Assembly: GCA_963766345.1 (NCBI GenBank)
Contig: CAVXZL010000001.1
Span: 1,911-65,910 of the forward strand
Source: an uncultured Actinomycetes bacterium
GTDB lineage: Bacteria > Actinomycetota > Thermoleophilia > Gaiellales > Gaiellaceae
Direction of reading: 5' to 3'
DNA: 64,000 bases
Position 1 is the stretch's first letter, and every line of letters begins with the position of its first letter. Positions 53,185 to 63,120 of this stretch are shown piece after piece. The translations under genes and the position numbers were made by a program. The notes under the pieces were generated by a model, which searched no databases, was not told where the DNA came from, and was given only the letters and a program-made list of their open reading frames with translations.

Positions 53185-54108
53185 TCAGGCAGCGAGCGCG
53201 CTGCGCTCGACGAGCAGCTGCGCGATCTGCACGGCGTTCAGCGCTGCGCCCTTGCGCAGGTTGTCGCCTGCGACCATCAGCGCGAGGCCGTTCTTCGTCG
53301 TCGGGTCGTGGCGCAGCCTGCCGACGAGCACCTCGTCGACACCCGCGGCCTGCTTCGGGCTCGGGAAGTCGACGAGTCGCAGGCCCGGCGCGTTCGCGAG
53401 CACGTCGCGAGCCTGCTCGGGCGAGAGCGCGTCTTCGGTCTCGATCCACACGGCCTCGAGGTGACCGACGAGGACCGGGACGCGCACGCACGTCGCGTGC
53501 ACCGGCAGGTCCGGCAGCTCGAGGATCTTGCGCGTCTCCTCGTGGATCTTCGCCTCCTCCTCGAAGAGCTCGCCGTCGAATTCCCAGTCGCCGCGCAAGT
53601 CGTGATCCTCGACGGGCTCCGCGCGCAGCCGCTCCATCGACTGCTTGCCGGCGCCGGAGACGGACTGATACGTCGCGAGCCGGACGCTCCTCAGGCCGAC
53701 AGAATCATGCAGCGGCTTGAGCGCGACCACGAGCTGGATCGTCGAGCAGTTCGGCACGGCGATCACGCCGTTGTGCTCGAGCGCGCGGTCGCCGTTGACC
53801 TCCGGCACGACGAGCGGCACGTCGGGTTCCATGCGCCACGCGGAAGACTTGTCGATCGCGACCGCGCCGCCGCGCACGACGTGCGGCACGAGCTCGCGGG
53901 ACGCCGACGCGCCGACCGCCGAGAAGCAGACGTCGAGGCCGCCGGCCTCGAGCGCCTCCGGTGTCGCCTCTTCGACGATGCGGCCGTCCAACTCGCTGCC
54001 GGCCGACCGCGCCGACGCGAAGTAGCGCACGTCGTCCCAGTCGCGCAGCAGCTCGCGCAGGACGCCGCCGACGGCGCCGGTCGCTCCGAGGACGCCGATC
54101 CTAGGCAA
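53185..54108 (-). CDS. asd: Aspartate-semialdehyde dehydrogenase (short form)
   Basis: Motifs [11 protein letters not shown], the active-site Cys in [18 protein letters not shown] and [15 protein letters not shown]. Confidence 0.9.
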   Translation of the reverse strand: MPRIGVLGATGAVGGVLRELLRDWDDVRYFASARSAGSELDGRIVEEATPEALEAGGLDVCFSAVGASASRELVPHVVRGGAVAIDKSSAWRMEPDVPLVVPEVNGDRALEHNGVIAVPNCSTIQLVVALKPLHDSVGLRSVRLATYQSVSGAGKQSMERLRAEPVEDHDLRGDWEFDGELFEEEAKIHEETRKILELPDLPVHATCVRVPVLVGHLEAVWIETEDALSPEQARDVLANAPGLRLVDFPSPKQAAGVDEVLVGRLRHDPTTKNGLALMVAGDNLRKGAALNAVQIAQLLVERSALAA

Positions 54109-55339
54109 GCTCGAACGCCTCGTGGAGCGCGCGGACGGACTTCTCGACGTCGTCCGTCGGAACGTGGCACGCGATCTTGATCGCCGACGTGGTCACGACT
54201 ACGGGCTCGACTCCTTGTTCGCGTAGCGTCGCGAAGGTCTTCGCGGCGACGCCGGGGTGGCTCTTCATTCCGGCTCCCACGACGCTGACCTTCCCGAGGT
54301 CGTCGCGCAGCGACCACGCGGCGCCGATTCGAGCGAGCGTCCGCTCGACGTCGAATCGGTCCTCGCTCGGCGCGGAGAAGAGGATCTCGCCGGCGCTCAC
54401 CTGCACGATCGTGTCGACGTTCACCGACGCGTGCGCGAGCGCGTCGAAGAGGTCCGCGGCGCCGATACCGGTCGCGCGGTAGACGAGCTCCTCACGCGTG
54501 TGCACGACGCCGGAGATGATCGCTTTTTCGAGCATCGGATCCTCCTCCTCGGTGATCCATGTCCCGTCCGCATCGGCGAACGTCGAGCGGACGTGAAGCC
54601 TCACATTGTGATTTCGCGCGAACTCGACCGAGCGTAGCTGGAGGACGCGCGCGCCGGAAGCCGCCATCTCGAGCATCTCGTCGTAGCTGAGCGCGTGGAG
54701 CTTCTGCGCGTTCGGCGCGATGCGCGGATCCGCCGTGAAGACGCCCTCGACATCCGTGTAGATCTCGCACGTCTCGGCGCCGAGAGCCGCTGCGAGGGCG
54801 ACTGCGGTGAGATCGGTGCCGCCGCGGCCGAGCGTGGTGATGTCGAGCGACTCGCTCGACACGCCCTGGAACCCCGCGACGAGCACGATGCGTCCCGCGT
54901 CGAGCGCGTCGTGAATGCGCTTCGCGCGCACCTCGACGATCTTCGCCTTGCCGTGGACGGTGTCCGTGACGATGCCCGCCTGCGAGCCCGTGAGCGAGAT
55001 CGCCTGGTGGCCGAGGTCGACGATCGCCATCGCCGCGAGCGCGCACGAGATGCGCTCGCCGACGGAGATGAGCATGTCGAGCTCGCGCGGATCGGGATGC
55101 TCGGAGACCTCACGCGCGAGGTCGAGCAGCTCGTCCGTCGTGTCGCCCATCGCCGAGAGGACTCCGACGACACGGTTGCCCGCCTCTCGCGCCTCGACGA
55201 GCCGCCGCGCGACGCCCTTCAGGCGCTCGGGCCCCGACACCGAGGTGCCGCCGAACTTCATCACGACGGTGCCCGCGTGCAGTTGGCGCTCGTCCGCTGC
55301 GATCTCGGGGATCGCCTGGTACGTCGCCTCCTGCGTCAC
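54101..55339 (-). CDS. lysC: Aspartate kinase
   Basis: GTG start after the strong SD GGAGGGAG, overlapping the recR stop (GTGA). Motifs [20 protein letters not shown] and [14 protein letters not shown], plus two ACT domains. Confidence 0.92.
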   Translation of the reverse strand: MTQEATYQAIPEIAADERQLHAGTVVMKFGGTSVSGPERLKGVARRLVEAREAGNRVVGVLSAMGDTTDELLDLAREVSEHPDPRELDMLISVGERISCALAAMAIVDLGHQAISLTGSQAGIVTDTVHGKAKIVEVRAKRIHDALDAGRIVLVAGFQGVSSESLDITTLGRGGTDLTAVALAAALGAETCEIYTDVEGVFTADPRIAPNAQKLHALSYDEMLEMAASGARVLQLRSVEFARNHNVRLHVRSTFADADGTWITEEEDPMLEKAIISGVVHTREELVYRATGIGAADLFDALAHASVNVDTIVQVSAGEILFSAPSEDRFDVERTLARIGAAWSLRDDLGKVSVVGAGMKSHPGVAAKTFATLREQGVEPVVVTTSAIKIACHVPTDDVEKSVRALHEAFELA

Positions 55340-55929
55340 GACATCTCCCTCCGGCCGGAGAGCGCGCGGCCGAGCGTCACCTCGTCCGCGTACTCGAGGT
55401 CGCCGCCGACCGGCAGGCCGCTTGCGAGCCGAGTGACCCTGACGTGGCCGCGGAGCCGGTCTGCGAGGAAGGCGGCCGTCGCCTCGCCCGTCATGTTCGG
55501 GTTCGTCGCGAGCACGACCTCCTGCACGCCGTTCCGCTCGACGCGGCGGATCAGCTCGTCGATGCGCAGGTGCTCGGGCTCGACGCCGTCCAGGGGCGAG
55601 AGCGAGCCGCCGAGCACGTGGTACAGGCCGCGGTACTCGTGCGTTCGCTCGAGCGAGAGCAGGTCGACCGGTTGCTCGACGACGCAGATCGTCGTCTGGT
55701 CGCGGCGCGCGTCCTCGCAGATGCCGCAGAGCTCGGTCTCGGTGAGGTTGCCGCATTGCGAGCAGAAACGAACGCGCTCCTTGACGTCCTCGATCGCGCC
55801 GGCGAGGGCGAGCGCCTCGTCCTTCGGCCGCGAGAGCAGGTGGAACGCAAGGCGCTGCGCCGTGCGCTGGCCGACGCCGGGAAGCTTCGTGAGCTGGGCG
55901 ACGAGGTTGTCCACCGCGGGCGAGAGCAC
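55336..55929 (-). CDS. recR: Recombination protein RecR
   Basis: Motifs [17 protein letters not shown], the zinc finger [16 protein letters not shown], and a Toprim region ([14 protein letters not shown]). Confidence 0.9.
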   Translation of the reverse strand: MLSPAVDNLVAQLTKLPGVGQRTAQRLAFHLLSRPKDEALALAGAIEDVKERVRFCSQCGNLTETELCGICEDARRDQTTICVVEQPVDLLSLERTHEYRGLYHVLGGSLSPLDGVEPEHLRIDELIRRVERNGVQEVVLATNPNMTGEATAAFLADRLRGHVRVTRLASGLPVGGDLEYADEVTLGRALSGRREMS

Positions 55930-55977
55930 CCGGCCATTGTGCCGTTTGGTCCCGGCCGTCACGGGCAGGGGAGGGCG

Positions 55978-57024
55978 ATGCGGATCGTCGTCACCGGAGC
56001 CACGGGCAACGTCGGAACGAGCCTCCTCGACGCACTCGAGCGCGACGAGCGGGTGGATTCCGTGCTCGGCGTCGCGCGGAGACCGCCGGCCGCGCGGGAC
56101 GACGGGAAGACGGAGTGGGCACGCGCGGACGTCACGACCGACGAGCTCGCGCCGCTCGTACGGGGCGCCGATGCCGTCGTCCACCTGGCGTGGGCGATCC
56201 AGCCTTCGCGTGACCTGGCCAAGCTGCGTCGCACGAACGTCGACGGCTCGGCGCGCGTCTTCCGCGCGGTTGCCGACGCGGGCGTGCCGGCGCTCGTCCA
56301 CGCGTCGTCGGTGGGCGCCTACTCGCCCGGGCCGAAGGACAGGTTCGTGGACGAGTCGTGGCCGTCCGGCGGGATCCCGACGAGCTTCTACTCCCGCCAC
56401 AAGGCGGAGGTCGAGCGGCTGCTCGATCGCTTCGAGCAGGAGCACCCGTCGGTGCGGAGCGTTCGCCTCCGGCCGGCGCTGATCTTCAAGCGCGAGTCCG
56501 CCGAGGAGCAGCGCCGCCTCTTTGCCGGGCCGTTCCTGCCGAGTGCGCTCGTGCGGCGCGGTCTGATCCCGTTCGTGCCGGACGTGCCGCGCCTGCGCTT
56601 CCAGGTCGTGCACTCGTACGACGTCGGCGAGGCCTACCGGCTCGCGGCGACCGGCGACGCGCACGGCGCCTACAACGTCGCGGCCGATCCAGTCGTCGAC
56701 CCGGACGCGCTCGCGCGCCTCCTGCACGCACGCAAGGTGCCGGTCCCGGAGAGCGTGCTCCGCGGCGCGACGTCGCTGACCTGGAAGCTTCGCCTGCAGC
56801 CTTCGCCGCCCGGCTGGATCGACCTCGCGCTGCAGACGCCGCTGCTCGACGCGTCGCGTGCACGGGACGAGCTCGGCTGGTCGCCGCGGTTCACCGGCCT
56901 GCAGGCGCTGGAGGACGTGCTGCGAGGCATTCGCGAGCACGCCGGCTCGGACACGCCGCCGCTCGAGCCGTCCGACTCACGCGTGCACGAGGTGGTGCAG
57001 ACGCGGATCGGCGGCGACGAGTGA
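55978..57024 (+). CDS. NAD-dependent epimerase/dehydratase-family protein
   Basis: ATG after the SD GGGGAGGG. Motifs [13 protein letters not shown] and a YSRHK catalytic Y-x3-K. Confidence 0.85.
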   Translation: MRIVVTGATGNVGTSLLDALERDERVDSVLGVARRPPAARDDGKTEWARADVTTDELAPLVRGADAVVHLAWAIQPSRDLAKLRRTNVDGSARVFRAVADAGVPALVHASSVGAYSPGPKDRFVDESWPSGGIPTSFYSRHKAEVERLLDRFEQEHPSVRSVRLRPALIFKRESAEEQRRLFAGPFLPSALVRRGLIPFVPDVPRLRFQVVHSYDVGEAYRLAATGDAHGAYNVAADPVVDPDALARLLHARKVPVPESVLRGATSLTWKLRLQPSPPGWIDLALQTPLLDASRARDELGWSPRFTGLQALEDVLRGIREHAGSDTPPLEPSDSRVHEVVQTRIGGDE

Positions 57025-57028
57025 TGGA

Positions 57029-57048
57029 GCTGTACAGCGATGTACAGC
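57029..57048. terminator. Bidirectional hairpin GCTGTACA-GCGA-TGTACAGC between convergent genes
   Basis: Perfect 8-bp stem located between stops at 57024 (+) and 57053 (-). Confidence 0.45.
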
Positions 57049-57052
57049 CACA

Positions 57053-57709
57053 TCACTTTGCGCACTCGAGCAGCACCTCGGTCACTTCGCGCGGCGCGGT
57101 GAGCATCGCCATGTGCTTCGTGTCGATCTCCCGGTAGTCCCAGCCGGTCTCGCAGCGGACGCGCTCCGCGACCGGCTTGAACCCGGACTGCGCGCACAGG
57201 ACGTACGTGCGAGGCACCGACGCGCCGGCGCCCGTCAGCGCGACCGGCTCGGCCATGCAGCGGAGCGGCGTCGTCGTCAGGCGCTCGCGCAGGAGCTCGT
57301 AGTGCTCCGGGTCGGCGCCGACGTACTCCGGCGGGATCGGAGGGATGAGCCCGTCCTTCGCGTGCGAGGTCATGAAGCGTTCGAGGTCGGGCCGCTCCGT
57401 CCAGGCGGTGTCGCCGTCGCGCGGCGCCAACGCGTCCAGGTACACGAGGCGTGCGATCCGCTCCGGTACGCGATCGGCCGCCAGGGTGATCGGCATGCCG
57501 CCGTACGAGTGGCCGACGAGGACGACGTCGCTCAGATCGCCGATCGCGTCGACGATCTGCTGCGCGTGATGCTCGACCGTCGTCTCGGCGTCGTGCAGCT
57601 CGAGGTCGAGCGCGCGCACCTCGTGACCCGCCTCGCGCAGCGCCGGCGCGACCGGATCCCAGTTCCAGCCGCCTCCGCCGGCGCCGTGCACGAGGACGAA
57701 CGGCTTCAG
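57053..57709 (-). CDS. Alpha/beta hydrolase (esterase-like), probable CTG start
   Basis: Nucleophile elbow VGHSYGG. The conserved beta-strand [10 protein letters not shown] needs residues upstream of the first GTG (57691). An in-frame CTG at 57709 lies 9 nt after the ybaB stop. Confidence 0.75.
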   Translation of the reverse strand: MKPFVLVHGAGGGGWNWDPVAPALREAGHEVRALDLELHDAETTVEHHAQQIVDAIGDLSDVVLVGHSYGGMPITLAADRVPERIARLVYLDALAPRDGDTAWTERPDLERFMTSHAKDGLIPPIPPEYVGADPEHYELLRERLTTTPLRCMAEPVALTGAGASVPRTYVLCAQSGFKPVAERVRCETGWDYREIDTKHMAMLTAPREVTEVLLECAK

Positions 57710-57718
57710 GGCCGGTGC

Positions 57719-58040
57719 CTAGAGACCGAGGCCGAGCGAGCCGAGGTCGCCGAGCGCGCCGAGGTTCATCTTCGATTTGGCGAGCTCCTCGGCGGCCGAC
57801 AAGGCGGAGTTCACCGCCGCGAGCACCAGGTCCTCGAGCGTCTCGGGATCCTCGGGGTCGATCGCCTCCTTCTTGATCTTGATCTCGAGGAGTCGTCCCG
57901 GTGCCCGTGGCCTTGACGGTGACGGCGCCGCCGCCGGCGCTGCCCTCGACCGTCTCGTTCGCCATCTCCTCCTGCGCCTTCTGCATGTCCTCCTGCATCT
58001 GCTGCGCCTGCTGCATCAGCTTGTTCAGATCCATGTTCAT
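57719..58040 (-). CDS. ybaB: Nucleoid-associated protein YbaB/EbfC with an apparent +1 frameshift near 57896 (sequence error or pseudogene)
   Basis: The N-terminus [48 protein letters not shown] is in one frame. The homologous remainder [32 protein letters not shown]...LGLGL is in the next frame and ends at TAG 57719-57721. The length is 3n+1. Confidence 0.85.
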
Positions 58041-59614
58041 GACTCGGTGATCTCCTTCGCGTCGAAGGTTTCCTTGACGAGCTGGTAGATCTCCTCTTCC
58101 CCCGCCGGCGTGTCGTCATCCTCCTCGGCGGGCGCGCCGCCCTCGCCGAGCACGAACTCGAGCGCGACCTTGCGCCCGGTCAGCTCGTAGAGAACGTCAC
58201 GGAGGAGCGTCGAGTTCTTCGGCTCCTCGGCGAGCTTGCGGTGGAACGACGCGGTCGGCGGAAACTCGATGGTCAGCGTGTCTTCGACGAGGCCGACCGG
58301 CCGCGCCTCGGTGAGCATCGATGCCGTCGGAATCGACTTCTCGCTCAGGGCGGGAAGCACCGTGCGCTGCCACGCCTCCTGGAGCTGCTCCAGCTCGACG
58401 GACGGCGGCTCGGCTGCCGGAGCGGGGCTCGTCTCCACGGGCGCTGTCTCGGGGACTGTCCCTGTGACAACGCTGCCGCGGCCTCGTTCGAGCTGGTCTA
58501 GGCGAAACGCCAGTGCCTCTCGCGACATGTCCGCGGCGGGACGCGTGACCTTCACGAGCGCGAGCTCGAGCGGCAGGCGCGGGTCGCCGCCCTGGCGCAT
58601 GTCGTCCACGGCCACGGCGAGCAGGTCGATCAGCCGCACGACGACCGGCGCGCCGAGCTGGTTCGCCTGCGCCGCGAGCCGGTCGCGCGTCTCCTCGGTC
58701 AGCGGCAGCGAGTCGGGCACCTCGCCCATGTGCTGGACGAGCATGAGCGCGCGCAGGTGCTCGAGCAGGTCGAGCACGAGACGGCCGATGTCCTGTCCCT
58801 GCGCCGCAAGCTGCTCGACGAACGTCAGCGCTCCGGCGGTGTCGCCGTCGACGACGAGGTCGCAGAGCCGGAAGAGTGCCTCCTCCTCGACCGCGCCGAG
58901 GAGCTGCAGGACGTCCTGCACGGTGATGCGGCTCTCGGTCGCGGCAGCGAGCTGGTCGAGCGTCGACTCGGCGTCGCGGTACGCGCCGCGCGCGCCGCGT
59001 GCGACGAGCGCGAGAGCCTGATCCGGCACGTCGATCTTCTCCGCGTCCGCGATCAGGCGGAGTTTCTGCACGAGCTCCGCGAACCGGGGGCGCTGGAAGA
59101 CGAACGTCTGGCAGCGCGAGCGCACCGTCGGCAAGACCTTGGCGAGATCCGTGGTGCAAAAGACGAACACGAGGTGCGGCGGCGGCTCCTCGATCAGCTT
59201 CAGCAGCGCGTTCCAGGCGGCGTCGGTGAGCTGGTGCGCCTCGTCGAGGATGTAGACCTTGTAGCGCCCTTCCGCCGGCTGGAGGACGACGCGCTCGCGG
59301 ATCTCGCGGATGTCGTCGATGCCGCGCTGCGATGCGGCGTCCATCTCGATCACGTCGAGTGACGAGCCGTTCGCGATCGCGAGGCACGCGTGGCACGTCT
59401 TGTCCGGATTCGGGGTCGGCCCCTGCGCGCAGTTGAGCCCCTTCGCGAGGATGCGCGCGAGCGACGTCTTCCCCGTGCCGCGTGGGCCGGCGAAGATGTA
59501 CGCCTGCCGCACCTGCCCGGCCGAGATCGCGTTCTTGAGCGTGCGGACGACCGGCTCCTGACCGACGACCTCGTCGAAGTCCTGCGGGCGGTACTTCCGA
59601 TAGAGCGCCGTCAC
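58037..59614 (-). CDS. dnaX: DNA polymerase III subunit gamma/tau
   Basis: Motifs [25 protein letters not shown], CxxC (CHAC) and DEAHQLT. ATGA overlap with ybaB. Confidence 0.93.
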   Translation of the reverse strand: MTALYRKYRPQDFDEVVGQEPVVRTLKNAISAGQVRQAYIFAGPRGTGKTSLARILAKGLNCAQGPTPNPDKTCHACLAIANGSSLDVIEMDAASQRGIDDIREIRERVVLQPAEGRYKVYILDEAHQLTDAAWNALLKLIEEPPPHLVFVFCTTDLAKVLPTVRSRCQTFVFQRPRFAELVQKLRLIADAEKIDVPDQALALVARGARGAYRDAESTLDQLAAATESRITVQDVLQLLGAVEEEALFRLCDLVVDGDTAGALTFVEQLAAQGQDIGRLVLDLLEHLRALMLVQHMGEVPDSLPLTEETRDRLAAQANQLGAPVVVRLIDLLAVAVDDMRQGGDPRLPLELALVKVTRPAADMSREALAFRLDQLERGRGSVVTGTVPETAPVETSPAPAAEPPSVELEQLQEAWQRTVLPALSEKSIPTASMLTEARPVGLVEDTLTIEFPPTASFHRKLAEEPKNSTLLRDVLYELTGRKVALEFVLGEGGAPAEEDDDTPAGEEEIYQLVKETFDAKEITES

Positions 59615-59645
59615 CGGACCGATTCAACCAGAGTAGGGTTAGCCG

Positions 59646-61527
59646 GTGCGCGCGCCCGCTCCTGAAGCCGTCAGGGTCACGCCGGAGCTGCTCCTGCAGG
59701 TGCGCCGCCCCACCGATCTGGCGCTGGCGCCGGACGGAAGGCGGCTCGCGTACATCGTCTCGCCGTCATTCCGAGAGAAGGGCAAGCCGTTCGAGTCGCG
59801 CCTCTGGATCGACGACGCGCCCGCCACCGAGGAGGGCGCAGCCGATGCACTGCCGCGCTACTCAACGGACGGAGCGCTCGGGTATGCCTCTGACCGCGGG
59901 CACGCCGGCCGCCTATCGCTCTGGATCCACGGCCGCGGCGAGCTCGGCGAGATCCCCGGCTCCGTGGAGGACATCGCGTGGTCGCCCGAGGGCACGACGC
60001 TGCTCGTGCTCGCTGCCGATCTCGGGTCCGACCGGGCCGGCGCGCAGGCGGCGACGAAGATCAGGGAAGCCGGCGGGGACGAGCAGGATCCGAAGGTGCT
60101 CAGGCCTGCGACGTTCTGGCGCCGCCTCTACCTCGTCGATGCCGAGTCGGGCGCAACGCGCGAGGTGCAGCCCGACGGCGTGAACGTGTTCGAGTTCGGC
60201 TGGGCGGGCGGCAAGGTCGCGGCCGTGTGCACCGACGATCCGTCCGAGAGCGCGTGGTACGACGCGTGGATCGGGCTGATCGACATCGAGACTCGTAGCG
60301 TCGAGCGGATCCACGAGCCCGAGTGGCAGCTGCAGTGCCCGGTCGTCTCGCCGGGCGGACGCGTCGCCTGGATCGAGGGCTTCGCGTCCGACCGCGGAGT
60401 CGTCACCGGCACGGTCAACGTGCACGGCGTCGGCCCGCTCGCGCCCGAGCTCGACGTGACGTGGATCGACTTCGCGGACGAGGAGACGCTCTGGTACGCG
60501 GGTTGGCGCGGCGCCGGCTCGATGTACGGGCAGCTGGCGGTCGACGGGTCGCACTCGCTCGACGTCTCGGGCGACTTTCTCCTCGGCGCGCGCTTTCAGC
60601 CGCGCGTCATGCCGTACCCGGACGGCTCGAGCGTCGCAGCGGTGTTCGAGTCCCCGCTCGCACCTCCCGAGATCGCGCGCTTCGAGCCGGGCGCGGAGGC
60701 CGAAGAGCTGACGTCGCTCAACAGCGAGCTCGCTGCGGAGCTTCCGGGCGCGGAATGGCGCCCGTACGCGTGGGACTCGTTCGACGGCCTGCGCATCGAA
60801 GGGCTGCTCGCGCTGCCGCGCGGGCACGAGAACGGCGCGCTGCCGCTCGTCGTGTACGTGCACGGCGGCCCGACCTCGACGTGGGCGTGGAGCTTCGCGC
60901 CGCTGCTGATGCAGATGATGCTCCGCGAGGGGTACGCGCTCCTGCTGCCGAACCCGCGCGGCTCGAGCGGCCGCGGGCAGGAGTTCGCCCGCGCGAACCT
61001 CGGCGAGATGGGCGGCGGCGACCTGCAGGACATCCTCGCCGGCGTCGATGCGCTCGTCGCCGACGGCATCGTCGACACCGAACGCGTCGCGATCACCGGC
61101 GGCAGCTACGGCGGCTTCATGTCGTCCTGGGCGATCACGCAGACGGACCGCTTCGCGGCGGCGATCCCCTTCGCGGTCGTCACCGACTGGACGAGCTTCC
61201 ACTACACGACGAACATCGGCCACTTCGACGCGCTCTTCCTGCAGGGAGAGCCGACCGATACCGATGGGCCTTACCCGAAGTGGTCGCCGGTCTTCCACGC
61301 GCGCAACGTGAAGACGCCGACGCTGATCATCCACGGCGAGGACGACCTGTGCACGCCGCTGCCGCAGGCGACCGAGTTCTACAACGCGCTCGTCGAGGCC
61401 GGGTGCGAGGTCGAGCTCGTGATCTATCCCGCGCGAGGGCCACGGTTGGACGGAGCGCGAGCACCAGATCGACGCGTGGAACCGCGCGCATGCGTGGCTC
61501 GACAGACACGTCAAGAGGGACGAATGA
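59646..61527 (+). CDS. S9-family prolyl oligopeptidase/dipeptidyl aminopeptidase-like serine peptidase with an apparent +1 frameshift near 61431
   Basis: Beta-propeller N-terminal region and catalytic Ser in GGSYGG. The C-terminal catalytic-His segment REGHGWTEREHQIDAWNRAHAWLDRHV is only in the +1 frame, ending at TGA 61525-61527. The length is 3n+1. Confidence 0.82.
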
Positions 61528-61766
61528 GCCACGTCCGCATCGAGTACTGCGTCCCCTGAGGGGCGCTCCCGAACGCCGTCGGTTTGACGGCGCAGATTCT
61601 CGAGGAGTTCGAGGAGACCGTCGACGGCGTCGAGGTCGTGACCGGCGTCGGCGGCGTCTTCGACGTGCACGTCGACGGCGAGCTCGTCTTCGAGAAGAAG
61701 ATGCTCGGGCGCTATCCCGATCCCGAAGACGTGATGCCGCTCCTGCGTCCGCGTCTGGCGGGTTAG
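61524..61766 (+). CDS. SelW/Rdx-family protein, predicted selenoprotein (UGA at 61557-61559 decoded as Sec)
   Basis: ATG after AGAGGGA. MSHVRIEYCVP-U-GALPNAVGLTAQILEEF...GGVFDVHVDGELVFEKKMLGRYP matches the Rdx pattern IEYCxxC/U...G.FEV.VDG.L..SK...GRFP. Track ORF 61584..61766 is in frame with the UGA. Confidence 0.78.
61574..61592 (+). promoter_or_regulatory. SECIS-like hairpin downstream of the UGA in the SelW-like gene
   Basis: CGCCGUC-GGUUU-GACGGCG forms a perfect 7-bp stem. It starts 15 nt after the UGA and has GGU in the loop. Confidence 0.55.
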
Positions 61767-61770
61767 GTTC

Positions 61771-62235
61771 TTGGCCGTCGAGCCAACGGAGGCGATCGTG
61801 ACTGACGCGAAGAAGGTCCTCGAACAGGCGATCAAGCTTTGGAACGCCAGTGAGCGGGAGCCGTGGGCTGACCTCTATGCCGACGATGTCGTCTACGAGG
61901 CGCCTGGTGGGGCCCGAATTTCCGGTCTGGCGAACCTGAAGGCGGAGTACTTCGATGCGCTAGTGACGGCAGCCCCTGACCGGAGCAGCCGCGACGTGAT
62001 GCTGATCGCGGAGGGCGACCATGTCGTGGAACAGGCGAGGTATACCGGTACGCACACGGGCCCTCTGCGAAACCCAGACGGTGTCGAGGTTCCGGCCACC
62101 GGAAGAAGCTTCGACTTTCCGTTCGTCGGCGTCTTCCGGGTCGAGAACGGCAAGATCAGCTCGATCCGCATCTATTACGACCAGGTCGAACTCTTCACAC
62201 AACTGGGACTGATGCCGGCAGCAACGCCGAGTTGA
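61771..62235 (+). CDS. SnoaL-like / NTF2-fold (ester-cyclase-like) protein
   Basis: The pattern W...D.VYEAP.G...G......YF..L..A.PD......I.EGD.VV...YTGTHTGPL......PATG..F....V.VFR.ENGKI....IYYD is typical of SnoaL_2/ester cyclases. The start is TTG 61771, or GTG 61799. Confidence 0.7.
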   Translation: MAVEPTEAIVTDAKKVLEQAIKLWNASEREPWADLYADDVVYEAPGGARISGLANLKAEYFDALVTAAPDRSSRDVMLIAEGDHVVEQARYTGTHTGPLRNPDGVEVPATGRSFDFPFVGVFRVENGKISSIRIYYDQVELFTQLGLMPAATPS

Positions 62236-62391
62236 CGGCACAACGTGACGAGCAAGCAAGACAGGCCGTTGAGCGTGCTCCGATTTCTGGGCGTCGCAGG
62301 GGCGATCGTCGTGGCGCCGATCCTGGCGTTCGCCGTCTGGCTTCTCGCCACGCACGCTCTGAGTTCCGGAGTGACACCGTAGGATTGCGCC

Positions 62392-62793
62392 GTGTCGTTC
62401 ACGCTCAGGAACATCAAGGAGGACCTGGAGGACATCGGCTCGAGGTTCGACGGCGCGCCGGACCTCGAGTTCCGTGCTGCGACGAAGCCGCTCAAGCTCG
62501 AGGAATCCGCCCTGAGCTACCAGCGCGTCCCGCCGGGCTATCGCTTTCCGTACGGCCACTCGCACGTGAAACAAGAGGAGGTGTACGTGGTCGTGCGCGG
62601 CAGCGGGCGGATGAAAGTCGACGACGAGATCGTCGAGCTCAAGGAATGGGACGCGGTGCGCGTCCCGCCCGGTATGTGGCGAGGCTACGAGGCCGGGCCA
62701 GAGGGCCTCGAGATCATCGTCATCGGCGCGCCGAACCTCGGCGACGATCCGCGCGGAGACGTCGACGGCCGCCGCGGCTGGTGGGCTGAGTAG
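62392..62793 (+). CDS. Cupin-domain protein
   Basis: Cupin motifs (GHSHVKQEEVYVVVRGSG, DAVRVPPG). Confidence 0.75.
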   Translation: MSFTLRNIKEDLEDIGSRFDGAPDLEFRAATKPLKLEESALSYQRVPPGYRFPYGHSHVKQEEVYVVVRGSGRMKVDDEIVELKEWDAVRVPPGMWRGYEAGPEGLEIIVIGAPNLGDDPRGDVDGRRGWWAE

Positions 62794-62826
62794 CCGCTCG
62801 CGTCGCGGTCGAGATCCCGGCCTGCC

Positions 62827-63015
62827 TCAGTGGGACGGGATGTGCTGACGGCGCCGCCTGCTCTGTGCGACGACCGTGAGCGCGATCCCGACTGCGATGA
62901 GCGGGATTGCGATTCCTGGGCTGACGAGCTCCGCGAGCATCAGCGCCGCACCGCCGAGCATCAGCACGATCGCCACGACGAGCACGAGAAACTCGGTCGG
63001 AGGCATGTGCATCAC
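62827..63015 (-). CDS. Small 2-TM membrane protein (62 aa), hypothetical
   Basis: Hydrophobic ORF MMHMPPTEFLVLVVAIVLMLGGAALMLAELVSPGIAIPLIAVGIALTVVA with a basic tail. Confidence 0.4.
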   Translation of the reverse strand: MMHMPPTEFLVLVVAIVLMLGGAALMLAELVSPGIAIPLIAVGIALTVVAQSRRRRQHIPSH

Positions 63016-63120
63016 GAGGTCTCATCTCCCTTCGTCTGCGGTCAGCTTCGCCTCGAGCACGACGGGACGCATCGGTGAAGTCGCGGAAAGCCTTGCGCTT
63101 CCTACCGATGCCACGCCGGG

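Noticed and set aside
58037-59614. Programmed ribosomal frameshift site in dnaX (gamma/tau)
   Set aside because: No A-AAA-AAG-type slippery heptamer was seen in the gene, and the ORF reads through as a single tau-like product.
11728-61527. Interpreting the three +1 frameshifts (cysS, ybaB, S9 peptidase) as programmed recoding
   Set aside because: There are no shared slippery or stimulatory motifs at the three junctions (GCG-A-GCG, GGG-A-CGA, CCC-G-CGC). Simple single-base indels, either errors or mutations, are the more parsimonious explanation.
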